A stretch of 32,000 nucleotides of DNA from Candidatus Nitrospira inopinata (GTDB lineage Bacteria; Nitrospirota; Nitrospiria; Nitrospirales; Nitrospiraceae), in NCBI RefSeq assembly GCF_001458695.1, contig NZ_LN885086.1, positions 3,060,001 to 3,092,000 of the forward strand, given 5' to 3'. The number at the start of each line of letters is the position of its first letter. The first letter of the stretch is position 1. The notes under the pieces are model-generated. The model was not told the origin of the DNA. It did no database searches and saw only the letters and a program-made list of their open reading frames with translations. The position numbers and the translations under genes are program-made. Shown piece after piece: positions 18,567 through 26,841 of this stretch.

Positions 18567-20270
18567 TCACGGCTGAGATTGGTCGACGATCCGAAACCGG
18601 ACTTCATCGACCATCGTATAGGCGTTGGCTCGCTCTCCGGCAAAGAGACCGCAGCGATAAAGACCGGGCGCCCACCCGGTTGCGGGACGGGCCAGCATGA
18701 AATAACCCGACTGGTCGTTTGTCGCGGTCATCACTCGGTCCTGAGCCACGACCCGTTGTCCGTCGGATTCCATAGAACATTGGGCGGCAAGCGCCACGGA
18801 GTCATACGAGGCCGACACCAGTCCGAAGACCAGGTAAATCTCCGGTTGTGTCGTCGGAAACGTATCGCCGGGATTCAAAGGAATGAAATCATGGGCTCCG
18901 GTTGGAAAATCATCCCGCGCGACCTTCCCCGCCGGGATGACGAACCGAAACCAACTGAAATCCGCATCGCGCCCCATGAGGGAGACGCTTGTATCCAACG
19001 CGTTCTGCGGCTCCATCCGTCGAACGGCCTCCTCGTAGAGCGTTTCTTCCGACGGCCCCGCTTCGCTTTGACCACCGACCGTTCCATCGGATTGTCCCGA
19101 CTCGAACTCGCGTCTCACGGCGTCCGGAACATGCGGACGCACCGTATCGAGCCATTTGGCGAGCTTCTCCTTGGAAAGCACGCGCATGCCTGCCGGAAGG
19201 ACCACATCTTTGTTCGATTCCTCGAATTCAAGCGCCGCATCATACAGCATGTGAAAATGAACGAACGCCTCTTCCCAACGTTCCAACTTCACCAGACATT
19301 GCCCCATGCGGAACGTCGCATCGGCATAGTCTTCCTCGCTGAGATCGAGGCTGAACAAATTCCCGAATACGGCCAGCGCCTCCTCACATCGCCCGAGCTG
19401 CATGAGCGTGATCCCCAACTGATGCGCCGCCAAAGAATCACGAGGATTGAGAGTCAACATCTTCCGATAGATGGGCTCCGCTTCCCGATAACGGCCCGCC
19501 ACAAACAGTTTCCAGGCTTCCGCTCGAATGGCGGCCCATTCTTTCAATTGCTCGGCGGTCGCTCCAGGGGTCAGCACGGGCGTGAATCGCCGGCCGCGAT
19601 CCATCGATTCATGGAGCTGAGCCAACTGATTCCGAGCGGTCAACTCCAAGAGGGAACCGGACGGCGCCCGTTCCAGCACGAAACGAAGCTCGGCTTCCGC
19701 GCCCCCATAATCCAACACGTCGAAACGCGCCCGCGCCAGGGCCAATCGCCAATCCAACAAATCCGGCGCAAGTTCCACGGCCGCTCGATAGGACTCGATC
19801 GACTCTTCCAACCGATCGACCTTTCGCAGCTCCTGTGCCAGCCTCAGATGCACCAGCGGGTTTCGGCCGTCGATCCGAGCGATATGGCGCAATTCCTTGA
19901 TCGCCTCTTCCTCCCGCCCCCACCATACCAGGACGCTCCACTTGGCCCACCGAGTCGAGAGCGAGGCGGGATCATCGGCCAGCACCACGTCATACTCGTG
20001 AACCGCTTCTTGGGGACCTCGAAAAGCGGCGAGAATGTCGCCCCGCAGCTTATGGAGCACGAACGAGCGAGGATTCGCGTCAATGCCTTGATCCAGCAAG
20101 TCGAGCGCGGAGAGCACCGCCCCGCTGTCCCAAGCCGTTTTGGCGTCTCGAGCCGTCTGCTCTTCCGATGATCCAATGGAGTCCTGCGCCAACGCCCGCG
20201 CGGCAATCAGCGCGAGCAGGAGGATGACCTCGCCCACTATCAGGCGCAAGCGCGACCTTCTTTTTCCCAT
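18567..20270 (-). CDS. exported TPR-repeat protein with a C-terminal beta-rich domain of unknown function
   Basis: The signal peptide is MGKRRSRLRLIVGEVILLLALIAARALA-QD. TPR-like repeats run through the middle. I chose the ATG at 20270; the GTG at 20306 is an alternative. The 598-aa plus-strand ORF over the same DNA is rejected. Confidence 0.75.
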   Translation of the reverse strand: MGKRRSRLRLIVGEVILLLALIAARALAQDSIGSSEEQTARDAKTAWDSGAVLSALDLLDQGIDANPRSFVLHKLRGDILAAFRGPQEAVHEYDVVLADDPASLSTRWAKWSVLVWWGREEEAIKELRHIARIDGRNPLVHLRLAQELRKVDRLEESIESYRAAVELAPDLLDWRLALARARFDVLDYGGAEAELRFVLERAPSGSLLELTARNQLAQLHESMDRGRRFTPVLTPGATAEQLKEWAAIRAEAWKLFVAGRYREAEPIYRKMLTLNPRDSLAAHQLGITLMQLGRCEEALAVFGNLFSLDLSEEDYADATFRMGQCLVKLERWEEAFVHFHMLYDAALEFEESNKDVVLPAGMRVLSKEKLAKWLDTVRPHVPDAVRREFESGQSDGTVGGQSEAGPSEETLYEEAVRRMEPQNALDTSVSLMGRDADFSWFRFVIPAGKVARDDFPTGAHDFIPLNPGDTFPTTQPEIYLVFGLVSASYDSVALAAQCSMESDGQRVVAQDRVMTATNDQSGYFMLARPATGWAPGLYRCGLFAGERANAYTMVDEVRFRIVDQSQP

Positions 20271-20325
20271 CGTCGCCGTTCGGAAATAAACCGATTCTCC
20301 ACTCACCGGGAGACCGTTTGGAATT

Positions 20326-20335
20326 CACTATACCA
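20326..20335 (-). promoter_or_regulatory. putative extended -10 element (TGGTATAGTG on the minus strand) for the TPR gene
   Basis: The reverse complement of 20326-20335 is TGGTATAGTG (TG-n-TATAGT). It lies 56 nt upstream of ATG 20270 and is identical to the plus-strand copy at 20442-20451. Confidence 0.4.
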
Positions 20336-20421
20336 AGAAGCAGGACGGAGCGAAATGAACCTCAGCGGAGAAACCGGTCCGCACGCCGGCCAGACGATTC
20401 TCACGATCCACAGAGAACGAT

Positions 20422-20450
20422 CCGACGACGCCCAGCTTTCATGGTATAGT
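20422..20450 (+). promoter_or_regulatory. putative extended -10 promoter of trmL
   Basis: TG (20442-20443), one nucleotide, then TATAGT (20445-20450). A weak -35, CCGACG, lies 17 nt upstream. It sits 38 nt upstream of GTG 20488. Confidence 0.4.
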
Positions 20451-20487
20451 GCCGAACGTTGCGCAACGAACGATTGCAGTCCCGACC

Positions 20488-20952
20488 GTGTTCGACGTCA
20501 TTCTCTATCAACCCGAGATCCCGCCCAACACCGGCAACATCGTTCGCCTGTGCGCCAACACCGGAGCACGGCTGCATTTGGTGAAACCGCTGGGTTTTTC
20601 TCTTGAACACAAGCAGTTGGTGCGAGCCGGATTGGACTACCATGAATTCGCCACACTCACCGTCTACGACAATTGGACCGAATGCGCGGACCGTTTCCAG
20701 GATCGCCGCATATTCGCCCTCTCGACAAAGGGTGCGCAGCGTTATGATCAAATCACTTATACCGAAGGGGACGTCTTTCTCTTCGGTCCTGAAACACGAG
20801 GGTTGCCGGCCTGGTTGCTCGAATCGTTTCCAGAAAAACAGCGCCTGCGTCTGCCGATGCTCCCGGAGAGCCGCAGCCTGAATCTGGCCAATGCCGTGGC
20901 GGTCGTGGTGTATGAGGCCTGGCGACAAAATGGGTTTCTCAATGGGTGGTAG
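20488..20952 (+). CDS. trmL: tRNA (cytidine/uridine-2'-O-)-methyltransferase TrmL (SPOUT family)
   Basis: The sequence is near-collinear with E. coli TrmL as I remember it: (M)FDVILYQPEIPPNTGNIVRLCANTGARLHLV, GLDYHEF, LFGPETRGLP, SLNLANAVAVVVYEAWRQ. The GTG at 20488 fits the family N-terminus. The ORF-track start at 20449 lies inside the predicted -10. Confidence 0.93.
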   Translation: MFDVILYQPEIPPNTGNIVRLCANTGARLHLVKPLGFSLEHKQLVRAGLDYHEFATLTVYDNWTECADRFQDRRIFALSTKGAQRYDQITYTEGDVFLFGPETRGLPAWLLESFPEKQRLRLPMLPESRSLNLANAVAVVVYEAWRQNGFLNGW

Positions 20953-21054
20953 CACACAGGGCGTCTCTTTTCCTTTCCTTGACGCTCATGATGGATCTGT
21001 TACCCTCATCGGCACGGAGCGAGGACGACTTATCAAACCACCCGGAGGACAAAC

Positions 21055-22080
21055 ATGATTTTGGTGACAGGCGGCGCCGGCTATATCGGCTCGCACACCT
21101 GTGTCGAACTGCTCCGGGCCGGCTATGACGTGACCGTGTTTGACAATTTCAGCAACAGCCACCCCGAAGCGCTGAAACGTGTACAACGAATCACGGGAAA
21201 GTCGTTGCGTTCCATCCACGGCGATGTCCGAGATCAAAACGCTCTGGTGACCGCCCTGCGCGAAAGCGGTGCCCAGGCAGTGATCCACTTCGCCGGTCTC
21301 AAGGCGGTCGGCGAATCAGTCGAGCGCCCACTTGCCTACTACGACAACAATGTCGCGGGCTCGCTTCGTCTGCTGGAGGCAATGAACACGGTCGGCGTCA
21401 AGACGTTGGTGTTCAGTTCCTCGGCAACGGTGTACGGCAATCCCCAACGATTGCCGCTGACGGAGGATCATCCGCTCTCCGCGACCAATCCCTACGGTCA
21501 GACCAAACTCACCATCGAGCACATGTTGCGCGATCTTCAGCAAGGGGATGGTGCGTGGCGTATCGCGATTCTTCGTTACTTCAACCCAGTCGGCGCCCAT
21601 GACAGCGGCTTGATCGGCGAAGATCCCCACGGCATCCCGAACAATCTGATGCCCTTCGTCGCGCAGGTCGCCATCGGCCGCCGCCCGCATCTCAATGTCT
21701 TCGGCAACGATTATCCGACGCCGGATGGCACCGGCATTCGAGACTATATTCACGTCGTAGATTTAGCGATCGGTCACCTCAAGGCTCTGGAAGCGCTTCA
21801 TCACTGGACCGACGGGACGGACTGTCTCACAGTCAACCTGGGAACCGGAAAGGGATACAGTGTATTGGAGGTCGTGCGGGCTTTCGAGACAGCGAGTGAA
21901 AAATCCATCCCCTACAAGATCGCTCCTCGTCGTCCTGGCGACGTGGCGGTCTGTTATGCCGATCCAACCAAGGCAGCCGCCCTGCTCGGATGGCAAGCCG
22001 AACGGACCCTCGCCGACATGTGCGCCGACGTCTGGCGCTGGCAGCAGTTGAACCCGCAGGGCTATCAATCGTCGGCTTAA
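21055..22080 (+). CDS. galE: UDP-glucose 4-epimerase
   Basis: 341 aa with the GGAGYIGSH Rossmann motif, the YGQTK catalytic Yxxx[16 protein letters not shown], and a GGAGGA Shine-Dalgarno. Confidence 0.95.
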   Translation: MILVTGGAGYIGSHTCVELLRAGYDVTVFDNFSNSHPEALKRVQRITGKSLRSIHGDVRDQNALVTALRESGAQAVIHFAGLKAVGESVERPLAYYDNNVAGSLRLLEAMNTVGVKTLVFSSSATVYGNPQRLPLTEDHPLSATNPYGQTKLTIEHMLRDLQQGDGAWRIAILRYFNPVGAHDSGLIGEDPHGIPNNLMPFVAQVAIGRRPHLNVFGNDYPTPDGTGIRDYIHVVDLAIGHLKALEALHHWTDGTDCLTVNLGTGKGYSVLEVVRAFETASEKSIPYKIAPRRPGDVAVCYADPTKAAALLGWQAERTLADMCADVWRWQQLNPQGYQSSA

Positions 22081-22369
22081 AGCGCCGCATCAACACTTCC
22101 GCCTCTTCTCGCGCTTTCCGTGGCGGACCCTTCCTCGTGCTTCCGCCCAGGCGCAACGTTCCCATCAGGCCGACCACTCCCTCGTCCCGCTAAGACGCCC
22201 CCCTGACAATCCTTATCGCTAACCGCCGAGCAGCTCAGGGAATGCATCGCCCCTGCTGCAATCTGCCATCAGTGAGGATCGTATGGAGTTTTTCTCTGTA
22301 ACATCCGGTTTCGCACAAAAGACTAGATTCGATCGGTCGATGAGGAGACATAAAATTATGCAATAATAC

Positions 22370-22399
22370 TTGACAGATGACATGTTTACTTGCTACATA
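22370..22399 (+). promoter_or_regulatory. possible promoter of the mod-cluster regulator
   Basis: Perfect TTGACA at 22370-22375, an 18-nt spacer, then TACATA (22394-22399). This would leave only about 9 nt before ATG 22409 with no Shine-Dalgarno. The -10 is weak. Confidence 0.3.
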
Positions 22400-22408
22400 C
22401 GCGGCACC

Positions 22409-23581
22409 ATGAAACATGTTGATCGATTCCCTGACTCCCCACACCCCATTGCCAACCATCTCAAGTCCTTCCGTCAGCAGAAAGGCCTCTCCCAATCTGA
22501 ATTAGCCGCTCTTGCCGGCGTCACCAGGCAGGCCATCTCGGCAATCGAATCCAATCAGTACTTGCCCGCCACCGGCGTGGCGCTTCAATTGGCGTCGGCG
22601 CTGGGCTGCCGCGTCGAGGATTTGTTTTCCCTGGCTCCTGCGGAGGAGACAATCGGGGGGACGATGGTGGGTCACATGCCAGTGGACAGCACGCCACAGG
22701 CGCCGATTCGTGTCAAGGTGTCGATGGTGGGCAAACGGGTGGTCATCCGGCCCGTCGAGAATTTGGGCGAGTTGCTCCCCTACACCGTTTCTGCCGACGG
22801 CTACATGAACTCGCCTTCGTTAGGGTCGTCAGTGCGCGTGACTCTGGCGCGGGAGCGGCATGCCATTGAACAGGAAATTTGGGTCGCCGGGTGCGATCCG
22901 GCCATTTTTCTGGCCGGCGAATATCTCCGGCGCCAGAAAGACTCTGCCTCTGTCGTCGGGTGGACGATGGGCAGTCGGGCAGCCCTTCACGCGCTGGAGC
23001 GGTGTGAAGTCCACGTGGCGGGCATTCATCTCTACGACCCTATATCCGGCGAATCCAATCTGCCGTTTTTAAGGCGGTGGTTGAAAGGGTCCAACTATGC
23101 CGTGATCACCTTCGCCACCTGGGAAGAAGGGCTCTTGGTTCATCCCGGCAATCCCAAATCCATCCGCACCGTCGCCGATCTGGCTAACCCCGCTGTCACG
23201 CTGGTCAACCGTGAAGAGGGGTCCGGCGCGCGACTGCTGCTCGATCAACGATTGCGGGCAGCGGAGATTGCGCCGGCCATGATTCGGGGCTATGACCAAA
23301 TCGTGCGATCACATTTTGCGGTGGCGCGGGCCGTCGCCACCCATCAGGCCGACGTCGGCATCAGCGTCCGCTCCGCGGCGCGGCAGTTCGGACTCGATTT
23401 CATTTCCCTTCAAACGGCTCGCTATGACCTGGTCGTGCCGAAGCTTTATTTGACGTCTCACCCAACGCTGAGCCATCTGTTCGATACGTTGACCATCAAG
23501 GCCTTTCGTCATGAGATCGAATCCTTAGGCGGCTACGACACCAGCGAGACCGGAAAGCTCCACTGTCTCCGATCCGCCTGA
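22409..23581 (+). CDS. XRE-family HTH regulator fused to a PBP-like (molybdate/tungstate-binding type, Pfam PBP_like/COG1910-like) domain
   Basis: The N-terminal HTH_3 is LKSFRQQKGLSQSELAALAGVTRQAISAIESNQ. The C-terminal part has HVAGIHL...ESNLPFL, VNREEGSGARLLLDQ, HFAVARAVATHQADVGISV and FGLDFISLQTARYDLVV. I recognise this as the HTH-associated periplasmic-binding-like domain family. It sits directly upstream of modABC. Confidence 0.8.
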   Translation: MKHVDRFPDSPHPIANHLKSFRQQKGLSQSELAALAGVTRQAISAIESNQYLPATGVALQLASALGCRVEDLFSLAPAEETIGGTMVGHMPVDSTPQAPIRVKVSMVGKRVVIRPVENLGELLPYTVSADGYMNSPSLGSSVRVTLARERHAIEQEIWVAGCDPAIFLAGEYLRRQKDSASVVGWTMGSRAALHALERCEVHVAGIHLYDPISGESNLPFLRRWLKGSNYAVITFATWEEGLLVHPGNPKSIRTVADLANPAVTLVNREEGSGARLLLDQRLRAAEIAPAMIRGYDQIVRSHFAVARAVATHQADVGISVRSAARQFGLDFISLQTARYDLVVPKLYLTSHPTLSHLFDTLTIKAFRHEIESLGGYDTSETGKLHCLRSA

Positions 23582-23645
23582 CATAGACAGACCCTTCCGA
23601 TAGTTGAATTGAAGACCGGAATGCTGAAAGGAGATCACACCCACC

Positions 23646-25256
23646 ATGAAAGGCATGAACGGATGGACCCGATTTGCATACGTTGGAATATCGGGCGCGC
23701 TTCCTATCGTGATGATACTGGTACCGACCATTGGAGGTGCGCAAACTCCGGAGCCCCCCCTCGAGCCACCTGCCCCATCAACGACTGAGTCATCATCCCC
23801 AGCCAAAAAAGAACGGCCATTGGGGTACTCCAATCTTCTTCTGAACGTGAGGGAACTCGAACAGGAAATCGAGCACGAGATCGAGGAAATCATCCACACG
23901 GCTGATGAAAAACGAAAACCGGGCAAACGAACGGAACCGGCCGACGATGTCCTCACTCAAATCCGGGAGCATGAATGGTCGCGATATGTGAAAACTCTGC
24001 TAACCATGCCCGACTGGATAGACCTGGGGTTTGAGAACCGCACGAGATTTGAAACAATGGACCACCCCGTCAACAGGAGCGCGGCGGCCGGAGGAGGACG
24101 GACCGATGCCCAGATCGCCCTCCGTTCCCGATTGCGGACTCAATTGGGGGGCAATGGCCCGCTCCGAATTCTGTTCGAAGGACAGGACGCCCGGTCGTTC
24201 CTGGACCGAGACCCGGGAGATTTTCGAAATGCGACGACGGTCAATGAGTTTGATGTCCTGCAATTGTTCGGATCGATCACCGCGCGCAATCTGTTCGGGA
24301 CCGGCTTGCGGACCGACGTCCACTTTGGCCGAATGACGCTCGACTTCGGCCGCCGTCGGCTCGTCGCACGAAACGATTACCGCAATACGACGAACGCGTT
24401 CGACGGTGTGCATTGGTATCTCGCCAAAGACGGCGCGTGGCGGCTGAGAGCGTTTTTCACCGAACCGGTCACCCGCTTTCTGGACAGTGCGGACAGCGTG
24501 AACCATAAAAACACGTTTTGGGGCGCCTATGCCGAGAGCCGCTATTTCCCCTGGCTCAAGGGAGATATCTATTACCTCGGCTTGAACGATCGGCGAACTC
24601 CCGACGTGAACGAACATCGTACCTATTCGACCGTTGGATTCCGCCTCTTCAAGGATGACAAGCCAGGAGAACTCGATTATGAATTAGAAAGTACTTACCA
24701 GTTCGGCACCAAGGGGAGAGAAGACCACTTTGCTTACTTCCAACATCTTGATCTGGGATACACGTTTGACGTTGCATGGACACCTCGAATCGTCCTGCAT
24801 GGCGATTATGCCAGCGGCGATCGCGATCCGAACGATGGCAAGAGCCGGCGGTTCGACTCCCTGTTCGGAGCTCGTCGATTCGAGTACATGCCAACTGGCA
24901 TTGTCGGCCCCTTTTTCAGAACCAATCTCACCGGCGGGGGCTGGCGCCTCATCGTGGCCCCGGCCAAGGGCTGGATTCTCCAAATCAAGCAGCGATTCTG
25001 GTACTTGGCTGAAAGCAGGGACTTTTTTGGAAGTTCCGGCTTGCGGGATACCACGGGAGGCTCGGGAAGGAACTTGGGACACGACCTGGAACTTCGCGCT
25101 CAGTGGTTCATCTCCAATAATTTGGACTTCGACGTCGGCTGGTGGCACTGGTTCAAGGGGTCGTACTTTGAGCGACTCCCCCCCACAGCCGGTCTGCCAG
25201 CCGGCGGCGAAAAAGATACGGATTATTTCTATATCCAGATGCGAGTCAGAATGTAA
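23646..25256 (+). CDS. outer-membrane beta-barrel protein, alginate-export (AlgE)-like family
   Basis: 536 aa. AAAGGAGA Shine-Dalgarno and a signal peptide. The N-terminal segment is charged and low-complexity. An alternating-hydrophobic barrel pattern follows (LGFENRTRFE, LRSRLRTQLG, RILFEGQDARSF, many Y/W/G/D/R) that I associate with Pfam Alginate_exp. The family call was made by eye only. Confidence 0.6.
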   Translation: MKGMNGWTRFAYVGISGALPIVMILVPTIGGAQTPEPPLEPPAPSTTESSSPAKKERPLGYSNLLLNVRELEQEIEHEIEEIIHTADEKRKPGKRTEPADDVLTQIREHEWSRYVKTLLTMPDWIDLGFENRTRFETMDHPVNRSAAAGGGRTDAQIALRSRLRTQLGGNGPLRILFEGQDARSFLDRDPGDFRNATTVNEFDVLQLFGSITARNLFGTGLRTDVHFGRMTLDFGRRRLVARNDYRNTTNAFDGVHWYLAKDGAWRLRAFFTEPVTRFLDSADSVNHKNTFWGAYAESRYFPWLKGDIYYLGLNDRRTPDVNEHRTYSTVGFRLFKDDKPGELDYELESTYQFGTKGREDHFAYFQHLDLGYTFDVAWTPRIVLHGDYASGDRDPNDGKSRRFDSLFGARRFEYMPTGIVGPFFRTNLTGGGWRLIVAPAKGWILQIKQRFWYLAESRDFFGSSGLRDTTGGSGRNLGHDLELRAQWFISNNLDFDVGWWHWFKGSYFERLPPTAGLPAGGEKDTDYFYIQMRVRM

Positions 25257-25284
25257 CGAACTGCGACCACAACAGGGATAGGAC

Positions 25285-26121
25285 ATGTGGCACGTTCCTC
25301 AAAACAAACAGAGCCGCTCTTGTGTTTTATGGATCGCTTGCGCCGTACTGGTTGTCACGGTGTTCGCCGGTTCCTGCCAGGCCCTGGCAACCGAGATTCT
25401 GGTGGCAGCCGCCGCCGATTTGAACTTTGCCATCAAGGATATCATTGCCGAGTTCGAGCAGAAGACGGGGCACCGGGTGAAACTGTCGTTGGGATCGTCG
25501 GGCAATTTCTACTCACAGATTTCCAACGGAGCACCGTTTGAGATTTTCTTTTCGGCCGACATTGACTTCCCACGCAAACTTGAAGAAGCGCACCTGACCG
25601 TCCCCAATACGATTTTCCCCTATGCCGTCGGACGACTCGTCGTGTGGGTCACCAAGGAATCACCCATCGACGTGGAAAAGGCGGGCATCGATGCACTTCT
25701 TGATCCATCAGTCAAAAAGATCGCCATCGCCAATCCAAGACATGCGCCCTATGGACGGGCAGCCGTCGCCGCCATGAAGCATTTCGGTCTCCATGACAAA
25801 GTCGAATCAAAATTTGTGCTGGGCGAGAATATCGCGCAGACGGCTCAATTCATTCAGTCTGGCAACGCGGACATCGGCATCATCGCCCTGTCGCTGGCCA
25901 TGGCCCCCTCCTTGAGAGAAGTCGGGCGCTTTTGGGAAATTCCCCTCACGGCCTACCCTCGAATGGAACAGGGAGCCGTAATTCTTGAAACAGCCAAGAA
26001 GAACGGTTCTTTTGACGCAGTGAAACAATTCGCCGACTGGGTGTCGACTCCAGCCGGACGAGCCGTGCTCAAACGGTATGGGTTTTACATGCCGGAAGAA
26101 GCACATACCCACGGCAAGTAG
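25285..26121 (+). CDS. modA: molybdate ABC transporter substrate-binding protein
   Basis: 278 aa with a signal peptide and AAAADLNFAIKDI...LSLGSSGNFYSQISNGAPFEIFFSAD, typical of ModA. Confidence 0.9.
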   Translation: MWHVPQNKQSRSCVLWIACAVLVVTVFAGSCQALATEILVAAAADLNFAIKDIIAEFEQKTGHRVKLSLGSSGNFYSQISNGAPFEIFFSADIDFPRKLEEAHLTVPNTIFPYAVGRLVVWVTKESPIDVEKAGIDALLDPSVKKIAIANPRHAPYGRAAVAAMKHFGLHDKVESKFVLGENIAQTAQFIQSGNADIGIIALSLAMAPSLREVGRFWEIPLTAYPRMEQGAVILETAKKNGSFDAVKQFADWVSTPAGRAVLKRYGFYMPEEAHTHGK

Positions 26122-26133
26122 GGAAGGACGCTG

Positions 26134-26841
26134 ATGAATTGGACGACCGTCACCACCACACTAGAATTGGCAACCGTCACAGCTACTATCCTGTTGCTGA
26201 TCGGGATCCCCATCGCCTACTGGCTCACCTTCTCACAGTGGCGGTGGAAGTTCCTCGTTGAAGCGGTGGTGGCTCTTCCGTTGGTGTTGCCGCCCACCGT
26301 CCTTGGATACTACGTGTTGGTGGGACTGGGCTCGCAAAGCTGGCTCGGCCGATTCATTGAACAGGTGATCGGCCATCGCTTGCCGTTTACGTTCGAAGGA
26401 CTGGTGATAGCCTCCTGCCTCTACAGTTTTCCCTTCGCCGTTCAGCCGTTGACGGTCGGATTCTCCGCCGTCAATCCTCGGCTGATCGAAGCTTCATGGA
26501 CGTTGGGCGTCTCAAAACTGGGGACGTTTTTCCGCGTGATCCTGCCGCAGTCGCTTCCCGGCGTTTTGACGGCAGTCGTCTTGAGCTTCGCCCACACGGT
26601 CGGCGAGTTCGGCGTGGTGCTCATGGTTGGAGGGAACATCGAAGGTGTGACCAGGACGATTTCCATCGAGATCTACGACGAAGTCCAAGCGTTCAATTTC
26701 GACGTCGCAGGACAGACCGCCTTAATGCTCCTGATCTTTTCGTTCGCCGTGCTGTCAGTCGTGTATGCCGTGAACCGGAACGTCTGGTCCCTATGGCCGG
26801 AGGTCTTCGGCAAACAGCCAAGAGGGTCCCATGGCGGCTGA
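26134..26841 (+). CDS. modB: molybdate ABC transporter permease
   Basis: 235 aa and multi-TM, with the EAA-type loop region (EASWTLGVSKLGTFFRVILP) typical of ModB/CysTW-type permeases. Confidence 0.92.
   Translation: MNWTTVTTTLELATVTATILLLIGIPIAYWLTFSQWRWKFLVEAVVALPLVLPPTVLGYYVLVGLGSQSWLGRFIEQVIGHRLPFTFEGLVIASCLYSFPFAVQPLTVGFSAVNPRLIEASWTLGVSKLGTFFRVILPQSLPGVLTAVVLSFAHTVGEFGVVLMVGGNIEGVTRTISIEIYDEVQAFNFDVAGQTALMLLIFSFAVLSVVYAVNRNVWSLWPEVFGKQPRGSHGG

Noticed and set aside
18375-20171. 598-aa plus-strand ORF, the longest unexplained ORF in the track
   Set aside because: It lies exactly antisense to the TPR gene. It is Arg/His/Pro-rich with no motif, signal or repeat structure, and its start lies inside the terminator hairpin. 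The minus-strand product has a signal peptide and clear TPR repeats. It is a typical GC3-bias shadow ORF.
20987-21010. CATGATG...GTTACC..TCATC upstream of galE, resembling pieces of the repressor palindrome
   Set aside because: The spacing between the pieces is 12 nt versus 16 nt in the palindrome. The pieces are not arranged as an inverted repeat, so this is probably coincidental overlap with a TTGACG -35-like region.
22298-22312. GTAAC-N5-GTTTC, a 9/10 match to the core (GTAAC-N5-GTTAC) of the repressor palindrome, upstream of the mod regulator
   Set aside because: A 10-position motif with one mismatch is expected about twice by chance in 64 kb of two-strand sequence. The flanks show no further symmetry.
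22081-22408. Possible Moco riboswitch or other leader RNA in the 328-nt, comparatively AT-rich gap upstream of the mod-cluster regulator
   Set aside because: I could not identify the conserved Moco-motif helices or core nucleotides by eye. Only a vague CCGCCGAGC stretch is present (around 22225-22233). A covariance-model scan (Rfam Moco RNA motif) of 22081-22408 and 23582-23645 would decide. Without that scan the call is unsupported.
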